Positions 9,024 through 17,300 of a DNA stretch of 64,000 nucleotides are shown one piece after another. Numbering within the stretch: position 1 is the first letter of the stretch; the number at the start of each line of letters is the position of its first letter. Made by a program: the position numbers and the translations under genes. The notes under the pieces are model-generated. The model worked only from the letters and a program-made list of their open reading frames with translations. It had not been told where the DNA came from and did no database searches. Source of the stretch: an uncultured Solibacteraceae bacterium (GTDB taxonomy: Bacteria > Acidobacteriota > Vicinamibacteria > Vicinamibacterales > SCN-69-37); contig CAYRGW010000003.1 in the NCBI GenBank assembly GCA_964423815.1, positions 45,731 to 109,730 of the forward strand, written 5' to 3'.

Positions 9024-9114
9024 GAATTAGTCCGGCGTGAATTAGTGTGCAACCGTGTGCCGAACCGTGAGAAAATGGTCAATCCTATGACAGCCTTGAC
9101 ACCTATAATGTCAA
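9024..9114. promoter_or_regulatory. Cluster of short repeats; candidate enhancer (UAS) region for the sigma-54 promoter
   Basis: GAATTAGT occurs twice (9024-9031, 9039-9046). AACCGTG occurs twice (9051-9057, 9063-9069). There is an inverted repeat TTGACA-N7-TGTCAA at 9096-9114. All lie 80-170 bp upstream of the -24 element on the minus strand. Confidence 0.35.
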
Positions 9115-9362
9115 TGGTTTGACGATTTTACCTGGTTGGCTGCGGCGGCCAGCTGTCGGATTTGGTTGGTGGCCTGGATGGCGTCCAGGACGCTGGCGAC
9201 CACCTGGCCGGCACGGGCGCGGTGCTGTTCTTCAACGAGACGGTGCTCAAGCAACTCGGCGTTGGCCAGGATGATGCCGAGGTGGTTGTTCAGCGTGTGA
9301 AACAGCCCCGTGAGGTCCGTATCGACCCGCGAGGTCTCTGGCGGGTTAGTCATGGTGAACAC
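9111..9362 (-). CDS. Stand-alone DHp (histidine-kinase dimerisation/phosphoacceptor) domain protein, 83 aa, with no ATPase domain
   Basis: The H-box LFHTLNNHLGIILANAELL aligns with the neighbouring kinase's VAHELNNPLATILACAERL at 11 of 17 positions by eye. It is followed by a second predicted helix. The start codon directly abuts the stop of the upstream HTH gene. Confidence 0.6.
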   Translation of the reverse strand: MFTMTNPPETSRVDTDLTGLFHTLNNHLGIILANAELLEHRLVEEQHRARAGQVVASVLDAIQATNQIRQLAAAANQVKSSNH

Positions 9363-9605
9363 CTACGCGCTCTTGTGCAGGTCGTATGAGTGATTGATGG
9401 CACCGAGATCGGCAGGGGGCTGGGCGTCCCTGAAGAGGGTATCGGCGAAGATGCGGACCGAGCCGCCGGCCGTGCGGACATATTGGACCTTGCCGCTGGC
9501 GATCCAGTTATAGATGGTGCGCCGACTGACACCGACCACGTCACACGCGCGAGGAATGGAAACCGTCTTCCGTTCAAGCATACGTTCGGGACTATCGGCG
9601 TGCAC
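9363..9605 (-). CDS. Small excisionase/MerR-like (HTH_17, BldC-like) DNA-binding protein
   Basis: 80 aa, with the motif ..SIPRACDVVGVSRRTIYNWIASGKVQYVRTAGGSVRIFADTLF.., typical of excisionase-family HTH proteins. An alternative start is Met9 at 9581. Confidence 0.7.
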   Translation of the reverse strand: MHADSPERMLERKTVSIPRACDVVGVSRRTIYNWIASGKVQYVRTAGGSVRIFADTLFRDAQPPADLGAINHSYDLHKSA

Positions 9606-9620
9606 TGAGTGAAACTGTAG

Positions 9621-11015
9621 ATGACTCCAGAAGATCCCGCTCCTTTACACCTGTTACTCGTGGAAGACGAGGCCGCGTACCGCGAGGTTGTGGCTGAACG
9701 TCTGACCGAACAGGGGTACAAGGTCGCGCAGGCGAGCACCGGGGAAGAGGCGCTGGAACGGCTGAACGGGTTTGCGTTCGACATTCTGCTGACCGACCTG
9801 CGGCTGCCCGGCGTGGATGGCCGCCAGGTCCTCGACGAGGCCTTTGCGCGGTATCCCGACATCATCGCCGTGGTGATCACCGGGTTTGGCACGGTCAAGG
9901 AAGCGGTTGAAGTGACCCGCCTGGGCGCGGAAGGGTTCATTACCAAACCGTTTCAGTTTGAGGAGTTGGTCCACGTCCTCCAGACGGCAGTCGAGAAACG
10001 CCGGCTCCGCGCGGAAAACGCCTACCTGCGCGAACAGCTCCGCGGGCGGTTTCATCTGGGAGGGATCATTGGTCAGACACCTCCGATCCTCAAGTTGCTG
10101 GAGTTGCTGGAGACGGTGGCCGCCACCAACAGTACGGTGCTCGTGACCGGGGAAACCGGAACCGGCAAGGAGTTGGCGGCGCGGGCGATTCACGATGCCA
10201 GTCCACGACGTATGCAGCGGTTTGTCGCGATCAATTGCAGCGCGATTCCTGAGACACTGCTTGAGGCGGAGTTGTTTGGCCACGTGCGCGGCGCCTTCAC
10301 GGGTGCGATTGCGAACCGGCAGGGCCGGGTCGAGCAGGCCCATCGCGGAACGTTATTCCTGGATGAAGTCGGCACGATGGCGCCGTCGCTGCAGGTGAAG
10401 TTGCTGCGTGTGTTGCAGTCACGTGAGTTTGAGCGTGTGGGTGACTCACAGACGATCAAGGTGGATGTGCGGGTGATCGCCGCCACCAATTCCGATCTGA
10501 AACAGATGGTGGCCGACGGCACGTTCCGTGAAGACCTGTTCTACCGGCTCAACGTCATTCCCGTGCACGTGCCCGCCCTGCGTGATCGGCGCGCGGACGT
10601 GCCGGTGCTGGCGCAGCACTTTCTGGATCGCCTCAGTCGCGACACCCCGGCGCGGGGCCGCGTGTCGATCGCGCAGGATGCCCAGCAGGCGCTGATGGCA
10701 TTTGGGTGGCCGGGCAATGTGCGCCAGCTCGAGAATGTGATGGAGCGCGCCTTTGCCCTGTCGCCAGGGCGCGCGCAGATCGAAGTGGACGACCTGCCGG
10801 ACGAACTGCGGACCCGGTCGGTGGCCACCTCCGCCGACGCGGTGGCGCTGGGCGACGAGGGGATCGAGTTTGATCGCCTGGTCGGCGACTTTGAACGCGA
10901 ATTGATTCGGCGCGCGCTTGATAAAAGCGGCGGCAATAAACGAATGGCGGCAGACCTGCTGCACATCAAGCGCACGACGCTGATTGAGAAATTGAAGAGA
11001 TTGGAGCGACTGTAA
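9621..11015 (+). CDS. Sigma-54-dependent response regulator (NtrC/AtoC family enhancer-binding protein)
   Basis: 464 aa. It has a REC domain (LLLVEDE..DILLTDLRLPGVDG..KPF), an AAA+ domain with Walker A GETGTGKE and the GAFTGA loop, and a C-terminal Fis-type HTH (..GNKRMAADLLHIKRTTLIEKLKR). Confidence 0.92.
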   Translation: MTPEDPAPLHLLLVEDEAAYREVVAERLTEQGYKVAQASTGEEALERLNGFAFDILLTDLRLPGVDGRQVLDEAFARYPDIIAVVITGFGTVKEAVEVTRLGAEGFITKPFQFEELVHVLQTAVEKRRLRAENAYLREQLRGRFHLGGIIGQTPPILKLLELLETVAATNSTVLVTGETGTGKELAARAIHDASPRRMQRFVAINCSAIPETLLEAELFGHVRGAFTGAIANRQGRVEQAHRGTLFLDEVGTMAPSLQVKLLRVLQSREFERVGDSQTIKVDVRVIAATNSDLKQMVADGTFREDLFYRLNVIPVHVPALRDRRADVPVLAQHFLDRLSRDTPARGRVSIAQDAQQALMAFGWPGNVRQLENVMERAFALSPGRAQIEVDDLPDELRTRSVATSADAVALGDEGIEFDRLVGDFERELIRRALDKSGGNKRMAADLLHIKRTTLIEKLKRLERL

Positions 11016-11017
11016 TC

Positions 11018-11539
11018 ATGTCCACCCCCCACCGCTGCTGGGTCATCCTTGTCGGCAACGTGCCCACGTCCTTTCGTGCAAAGGAACGCGAGGACCTGGT
11101 CCCGACGTTTAAACAACTGCAACGCACCCAGCCGGAGGTGACTCTGCGCTGGTTCGAACGGGGCCGGGTGTGGGAGAACCCCGACGCCGCCCGTGCCGCG
11201 TCATTACTCGCGGCTGAGGCCGCCAAGGTCCGCCGCCCCCGGCGTGACCCCGCGCTTGGACCCCCTCGGGGCAAAGAGTGGCGGCCGGGCGGGGAACACA
11301 AAGATCCCCGCGCCAGGTTTGAGCTGACCCGCGATCAGAAACGCGCCAAGTTCAAGCGCAACCTGATCGCCGGCAATGAGTCAGCTGGCGGCAATGACGC
11401 GCCCGACGCGGCTGCGCCCCGCGAAGACGCGGCGCCTCGGTCTGAGCGACCGGTGCGGTCCGAGCGGCCAGCGCCCCGAGCGGACAGGCCCGCGGCGGCT
11501 CCGGCGAAGAAGCGTCCGTCTGGTGATCCGTTCGCTTAA
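11018..11539 (+). CDS. Hypothetical protein; small N-terminal domain plus an Arg/Pro/Ala-rich basic tail
   Basis: 173 aa. The ATG lies 2 nt after the EBP stop, which suggests translational coupling. I recognise no motif in it. The codon pattern is consistent with coding, but the tail is low-complexity. Confidence 0.5.
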   Translation: MSTPHRCWVILVGNVPTSFRAKEREDLVPTFKQLQRTQPEVTLRWFERGRVWENPDAARAASLLAAEAAKVRRPRRDPALGPPRGKEWRPGGEHKDPRARFELTRDQKRAKFKRNLIAGNESAGGNDAPDAAAPREDAAPRSERPVRSERPAPRADRPAAAPAKKRPSGDPFA

Positions 11540-11567
11540 ATTGGTGTAATAACCAAAAATAGTCAAA

Positions 11568-12623
11568 TTAACGACGTTCAGCTAAATCAAGCAAAAAGAA
11601 CTCAGAGAGTAATTCTCTTAGTTCTGGTATTGATTTGGCTGAATTGATGGCAACTCTGAGTTTTGGTCCGCCATCCAGGCCTTTGGTGTACCATGCCCCA
11701 AGTGCCCTAAGTTTGTTAATAACCCATCGTTCTCTGCCACGGGCCTCTGGTGGTGGACCACTGAGCTGGCCCGGGGCGAGGTGCCGAAAGCCGGCGGCTT
11801 CCTCCACCCGTTCATCAAGCAGCAGGTCCATGTAGTCAAACAGGAACCTTCCCCGGTCCTCGAGCGGGATTTCCGTGGGCGCCAGCCCCGCCCGGGCTTC
11901 GGCGGCTTGTTTGAATATCCAGGGATTGCGCAGCGCGCCGCGCCCGATAAGCACCGCGCCGACGTTACTCGAACTCAGGCGCGAGACCACCTGATCGGGC
12001 TCCACACAATCACCCGATCCCAACACGGGGATCGAGATCTGCTCGGCCACACGCGCAATCAGGCTCCAGTCGGATTCGCCCGTGTAGGACTGGGCGGCCG
12101 TGCGTCCATGCACCGCCACAGCGGCCGCGCCGGCATCTTCGGCCATCCGCGCCAGCAGCGGCGCGTTGATCTCGTGCTCATTCCATCCGGCGCGCATCTT
12201 CACGGTGACGGGAATCTTCACGGCCTTCGCCATCGCGTTGATGATGCTCGCCGCGTGTTCAGGCTCGCGCATCAGACTGCACCCGGCATGGTGCCTGGCA
12301 ATCTTGTGCACGGGACATCCCATGTTGATGTCCACGATGTCGGCGCCCATGCCTTCCACGATCTGCGCCGCCTCGGCCATCTTGACGGGGTCCCCGCCGA
12401 AGATCTGAATGGACACCGGCCGTTCTTCTTCGGTGTACTCGGCGTACTCGAGTGTGCGATCGATGCCGCGCACCAACCCCTCTGAGCTGACCATCTCGGT
12501 GACGACCAGGCCGCACCCGCCCTGTCGTTTCACCAGGCGGCGAAACGCAGTGTCGGTCATCCCGGCCATGGGGGCCATCGCGACAGGGTGGTCGAGCGTT
12601 ACGTTACCGATCTTCAAGGGCAT
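11568..12623 (-). CDS. dusB: tRNA-dihydrouridine synthase (DusB-like)
   Basis: 351 aa. It has the Dus TIM-barrel motifs ..LAPMAGMTDTAFR.., ..DINMGCP.. and ..VTVKMRAGW.., followed by a C-terminal helical domain. Confidence 0.88.
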   Translation of the reverse strand: MPLKIGNVTLDHPVAMAPMAGMTDTAFRRLVKRQGGCGLVVTEMVSSEGLVRGIDRTLEYAEYTEEERPVSIQIFGGDPVKMAEAAQIVEGMGADIVDINMGCPVHKIARHHAGCSLMREPEHAASIINAMAKAVKIPVTVKMRAGWNEHEINAPLLARMAEDAGAAAVAVHGRTAAQSYTGESDWSLIARVAEQISIPVLGSGDCVEPDQVVSRLSSSNVGAVLIGRGALRNPWIFKQAAEARAGLAPTEIPLEDRGRFLFDYMDLLLDERVEEAAGFRHLAPGQLSGPPPEARGRERWVINKLRALGAWYTKGLDGGPKLRVAINSAKSIPELRELLSEFFLLDLAERR

Positions 12624-12641
12624 GGGGTGCTGTTTCTTCGA

Positions 12642-12737
12642 GGTTCTGGATTCATGGTTCAGAGTGCTGGGTTCTGTTCCTGGTTCTGTGGTTCTGGGTT
12701 TGAACCCTGGACTATGGACCCTGTCGAATCCTGGACC
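12642..12737. repeat. Array of eight GGTYCWG heptamers (five direct, three inverted) filling the nusG-like/dusB spacer
   Basis: GGTTCTG occurs at 12642, 12670, 12682 and 12690, and GGTTCAG at 12656. Inverted copies CCTGGAC/ATGGACC/CTGGACC occur at 12706, 12714 and 12730. Confidence 0.6.
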
Positions 12738-13241
12738 TTAATAGAGTTTAACGTCCGCGGCATCGACCTCTACCGAGACGCCCTGGCCGATCAAGTCAAC
12801 GGCGAGCACGAGGCGTGCGTGTGTGCCCTTCCGGACCAGACGGCCGACAACACCCTTGAGGGGGCCGTGGGTGACTTCGACCTTGTCCCCTTCGTGAATG
12901 AGCGGGCAGGGATCAAACTGCAGATCAGAATCCACAAGTTGTCGGATGCCGCGCAGCTCTTCCTCGGGAATGGCCGCAGGCGCCCCGTTAAACGACACGA
13001 TGCTGACCGCGCCGGTGCACGTGAGGACGGACACCCGCTGCTCGGGATCAAACTTCGCGAAGCAGTACCCGGGAAACAGCGGCCACGAGACCTGCTTCTT
13101 GCGATCCTTCCACCGGCTCCACTTGAGCACCGTGGGCAGGAAGACGTCGATGTGTTTTTGCTCGAGCTGCTGGCGGACGACCTGCTCGTGGCGTGACCGT
13201 GTCCAGATCGCGAACCACGCCGCCTGGTCAGTACCGTGCAC
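12738..13241 (-). CDS. NusG paralogue (UpxY/RfaH-like transcription antiterminator with NGN + KOW domains)
   Basis: 167 aa. The NGN-like region reads WFAIWTRSRHEQVVRQQLEQKHIDVFLPT..LFPGYCF. The KOW-like region reads GDKVEVTHGPLKGVVGRLV. Confidence 0.8.
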   Translation of the reverse strand: MHGTDQAAWFAIWTRSRHEQVVRQQLEQKHIDVFLPTVLKWSRWKDRKKQVSWPLFPGYCFAKFDPEQRVSVLTCTGAVSIVSFNGAPAAIPEEELRGIRQLVDSDLQFDPCPLIHEGDKVEVTHGPLKGVVGRLVRKGTHARLVLAVDLIGQGVSVEVDAADVKLY

Positions 13242-13248
13242 GCAGTCC

Positions 13249-14361
13249 TCAGTTCGTCTTTTTCTGCTGCGCCATGTACTGCTCGTAGAGCTTTTTCAGC
13301 TCCTCGTCTTTCCACTCGATGATCGCCTGCGCGCGCATCGTCAGCAGATACTTCTCCATGAGCTCGCCCTGACGGGAGTCACGAACCCGGTTGCCGATGG
13401 CATCACGCACCTTGTCAAACGGCTCGACGGTGGAGTCGGAGCGCGATTCAACCTTCAAGAGCTGATAGCCCTTGGCGGTGCGGATCGGCTGGTCAATCTC
13501 GCCTGTCTTCAACACTTCCAGACGGGTCCGGAGTGCCTCGGCCAGTTCACTGAGATTGATCGGACCGATGAGTCCGCCGTTCGCCTTGGAGGCCGACTCG
13601 GAAAATTCCGTGACGAGCGCGGCGAAGTCCTCACCCTTGGCAGCACGCTCACGAATCGTCGTCATCTTGGCCTGCGCCGCTTCGTCGGCGGCCGCGTTAA
13701 ACGACAACTGGCCGGCAACGGTTTCGGTCGGCACCGAGATGAAGATCTCGCGCAGGGTCATGAGCGACGGCGTCATGAACTCTTCCGGATGCGCGCGATA
13801 GTACTGACGCGCTTCTTCTTCGGTGATCGTCAGGCGCCCCATGACTTCCTGCAGCACCTGCTGGCGATAAAACGTCTTTTCAATCTGTGTCCGAAGGTCG
13901 GCCATGGTCATGCCACTCTGCTTCAGGGCGGTGACAAGCGTGGTGTCGTCCAGTTGATTCTCTTTTTTAATGCCGTCAACAGCCGACTTGAACTGTTCGT
14001 CGCTCAAGCGGGCCCCCATCTCTCGGCCCTGCTGAATGATGATGAGTTCGTCCACCACGTTGGCGAGGATCTCGGGAGTGATCTCAACGAGCATCGCGCG
14101 CAGACTGGCATCGTTCTGAAGATCCAGTTGGGAGAGCTGGCGCTGGTTGCGCTCGGCGAGCGTCTGAATCTGTCGTTCCTCAAGTTCGGTCTTGGTGAAC
14201 ACGGCGCCGTTGACCTTGACCAACACACGCTGCAATACGACAGGCCGACTCGGCGCCGGTGCGGCCTGCGGGGCCTGCCCCTGCGCGGCCACCGATCCCA
14301 AAGCCGACACAACTGCCACGAGTGTTCCTGCAAAAATTCGCTTCATAGACCCTTCAATCAT
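13249..14361 (-). CDS. SurA-like periplasmic chaperone / PpiC-type peptidyl-prolyl isomerase
   Basis: 370 aa. It has a signal peptide (MKRIFAGTLVAVVSALGSVAAQG), a SurA_N-like helical domain and a parvulin domain (..TLREIFISVP..AKGEDFAALV..FSES....GGLIGP). Confidence 0.8.
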   Translation of the reverse strand: MIEGSMKRIFAGTLVAVVSALGSVAAQGQAPQAAPAPSRPVVLQRVLVKVNGAVFTKTELEERQIQTLAERNQRQLSQLDLQNDASLRAMLVEITPEILANVVDELIIIQQGREMGARLSDEQFKSAVDGIKKENQLDDTTLVTALKQSGMTMADLRTQIEKTFYRQQVLQEVMGRLTITEEEARQYYRAHPEEFMTPSLMTLREIFISVPTETVAGQLSFNAAADEAAQAKMTTIRERAAKGEDFAALVTEFSESASKANGGLIGPINLSELAEALRTRLEVLKTGEIDQPIRTAKGYQLLKVESRSDSTVEPFDKVRDAIGNRVRDSRQGELMEKYLLTMRAQAIIEWKDEELKKLYEQYMAQQKKTN

Positions 14362-14368
14362 AAGCCCC

Positions 14369-17300
14369 TCAGCCTGTCGTCAGGCCCCGGGCGACTTCGT
14401 CGAGCACCTGCCGCACCCGCTCAAACAGACCACCGGGCGCGCGGGGATCGGGCGGTACCTCGGCCAACACTTCCTGGCGCGAAAATCCGCCGGTCACTTC
14501 GCCGGCGGTGGCCCGCGTCGCCCACCAGGATTCGCGACCGGGTACGTCGATTGGCCTGGCCGTCTTGATGTAACGCCCCTGCCCCGGCAGTTCAGACTTC
14601 GGTTTGAGCTTTCCGGGCGGGGGCGCGTTGACCGGCTTGGGCTGAGCCGGTGGACCAACGGGTTTGGTCATGTCGAGTTTGATGACCGCTGGGGGCAAAA
14701 GTGTGAGATCGGAGCGGTTTTGGACCATATTCAGCAGCCAAACAGGGTCTAACTTGGCATCCTGTCTGAATCTGAACACTACGTTATTGCCCTCACGATC
14801 GAGGGTGTCGAGGCCGATCCGATCTGCGGTCACCCTGATTCTGGCATATTCACCAAGATTAAGCACAGACTCAGGCATATGACCATATCTATCGGAAAGT
14901 TCTGTAATTAACGCATCCACCTCGGCCACCGTGCGGACACTTGCCATCCGGCGATAGGCCGCCAGGCGCTGGTTCATATCCGTGATGTAGCTCTCGTCGA
15001 TGCGCAGGTTCAGCTTCAGGTTCACCGCGGCACGACGGTCGTCTTCGAGCTCCTCACCCTTCAGCTCCCTGATCGTCTCCTCAAGGAGCTTCGTGTACAT
15101 GTCGAAGCCCACGGCCTCGATATGGCCGCTCTGCTGGCCTCCAAGCAGGTTGCCGGCGCCGCGGATTTCCAGGTCCAGTGCGGCGATTCGGAAGCCGGAT
15201 CCCAGGTCGCTGAACTCCCGGATGGCCGCCAGCCGTTTCCTGGCGATCGGCGACAACGTCTGTTCGGGAGGAATCAGCAGGTACGCGTACGCACGGCGGT
15301 CCGATCGGCCCACTCGGCCGCGGAGCTGGTACAGCTGCGACAGGCCGTAGCGATCCGCACGATTGATAATGATCGTGTTCGCATTGGAGATATCCAGCCC
15401 GTTCTCCACGATCGTCGTCGCGACCAGCACGTCGTATTTGTGGGCGACGAAGTCGACCATCACTTTTTCGAGGTCGCCATCACCCATCTGGCCGTGGCCG
15501 ATCCCAATCTTGACCTCGGGCACGAGGCGTTGAATCAGGCCGGCGATCGACCCGATCGACTCCACACGGTTGTGCACAAAATAGATCTGGCCACCACGTT
15601 CGAGTTCAGTGCGCATCGCACGCGCAATCACGTCCTGGTCAAATTTCACGACATGGGTCTGGATGGACAATCGGTCGCGTGGCGGCGTTTCAATCACCGA
15701 CATGTCGCGAATGCCGACCAGCGACATGTTGAGTGTTCGCGGAATCGGCGTGGCCGTCATCGTCAACACATCGACTTTTTTCCGCATCTGCTTGATGCGT
15801 TCTTTGTGTGACACACCGAACCGCTGTTCTTCGTCGACGACAAGCAATCCCAGATCCCTGAACGCGACGTCCTTCGACAACAGGCGGTGGGTGCCGACGA
15901 TGATGTCGAGTTGGCCGGAGGCGAGTTTTTCGAGCGCTTGCTGTTGCTCGGACTTGGTGCGGAAGCCGCTGACCATGTCGATGCGAACAGGGAAGCCCGC
16001 GAAGCGTTCTTTCAGGGTGCGTTCGTGCTGGAAGGCGAGCACGGTCGTGGGCGCGAGGAAGGCAACCTGTTTGCCGTCCATCACGGCTTTAAAGGCCGCG
16101 CGCATGGCGACTTCCGTCTTGCCGTAACCGACGTCTCCGCAGAGCAGGCGATCCATCGGGATCGTGGATTCCATGTCCCTGGTGATGTCGTTGATGGCCG
16201 ACTGCTGGTCGGGCGTCAGATCGTACGGAAACGCATCGTCAAATTCCTGCTGCCAGTGGGAGTCGGCGGTGAACGCGTGACCGACAACGGCCTTGCGCGC
16301 GGCGTAGAGCTTGAGCAGCTCTTCGGCCATGTCGCGCATCGCTTTTTTGACGCGGGTCTTGGCTTTTTCCCAGGTGGCGCCGCCGAGTTTATCGAGGGAC
16401 GCTGTGGCGCCGCCCGTGTACTTCTGGACGAGGTCAAGGCGGTCGAGCGGGACAAACATCTTGTCCTCGCCGGCATACCGCAGTTCCATGAACTCCTGCG
16501 GCTCCCCCACACCCACGGCCATCTTCCTGAGGCCAACAAACCGACCGATGCCGTTGTCGATGTGGACGACGAGGTCGCCGACTTTGAGGTCGCGGAAGTC
16601 GGAGACAAACGTGCGCGCCGCAGATTTTCGTTTTTCGCCGCTGCGACGTTCCTCCTCGAAGAGATCGGTCTCTGCGAAGATCAGGAACGTACCCGTGGGG
16701 AGATGAAAGCCACGGGAGAGGTGCCCGGTTGTGACGAGCACTTGTGCGCGCGTCAGATCTTCGTTGTCGCCGATCGCGCGGGCACGCACTTCGTAGCCGG
16801 CGAGCAGTTCCATTGTGCGTTCGGCGCGGCCCTGTGTGGCCGCGACAAACACGGTCGTCTCCCCACGCTGTTGTGCGCGGCGGATTTCTTCGACCCAATC
16901 ACCGAGCCGACCGCGGTATTCGAGGACGGGCTGGCAGGGGACGTGGACGTCGTTGGTGTCGTCGAGCGCGAGTTGGCTGATCCGCCGTGCTTTGTCCAGC
17001 CAGCCGGCGATTTCTTCCCAGGGTTGAGCGAAGTGTTCGAAGGCAGGGGTCGCGGGGTTGCGCGCGAGCGCGTCGGCCGCACTCTGGCGCCACTGTTCTT
17101 CGAGCGACATCCCCTTCTGCGTAACGTCGTCAATTTCGTAGACAAGGACGGTGGCGCCCGCGCGTCGTGCGTAGGCGATGAACGACGCACTGCGGTCGTC
17201 CGCCTCACCTGCCAGCGCGGACTCAGCGCTGTCGTCAAATCCCGGCTTCGGCAACAGGTCGCGCTGCGGGCTGAGCGTGATCGCGTCGAGCGCCTTGAGC

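Noticed and set aside
9049-9063. Second sigma-54-like element on the minus strand (CGGCACACGGTTGCA).
   Set aside because: The GG-to-GC spacing is one nucleotide short of the strict -24/-12 geometry, and the -24 block is CGGCAC rather than TGGCAC. The element at 8930-8944 is exact. This one overlaps the AACCGTG direct repeats and is better explained as part of those.
9096-9108. TTGACA immediately followed by TATAAT (TTGACACCTATAAT), resembling perfect sigma-70 hexamers.
   Set aside because: The hexamers are only 2 bp apart instead of about 17 bp, and no plus-strand gene follows. I interpret the TTGACA as one arm of the TTGACA-N7-TGTCAA inverted repeat.
12898-14568. Long plus-strand ORF (556 aa). 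Similar large ORFs lie opposite known genes: 15887-17920 (677 aa), 23663-25150 (495 aa), 26678-27982 (434 aa), 50532-52604 (690 aa), 61988-63253 (421 aa), 44153-45157 (334 aa), 53927-54934 (335 aa), 38092-38895 (267 aa).
   Set aside because: Each lies antisense to, or out of frame with, a gene carrying unambiguous family motifs (SurA/Mfd, AtpD, AtpA, GlmS/GlmU, M13, GyrA, SerS, DnaA). Their products are Arg/His/Gly/Asp-rich with no recognisable motifs. These are typical shadow ORFs of high-GC DNA.
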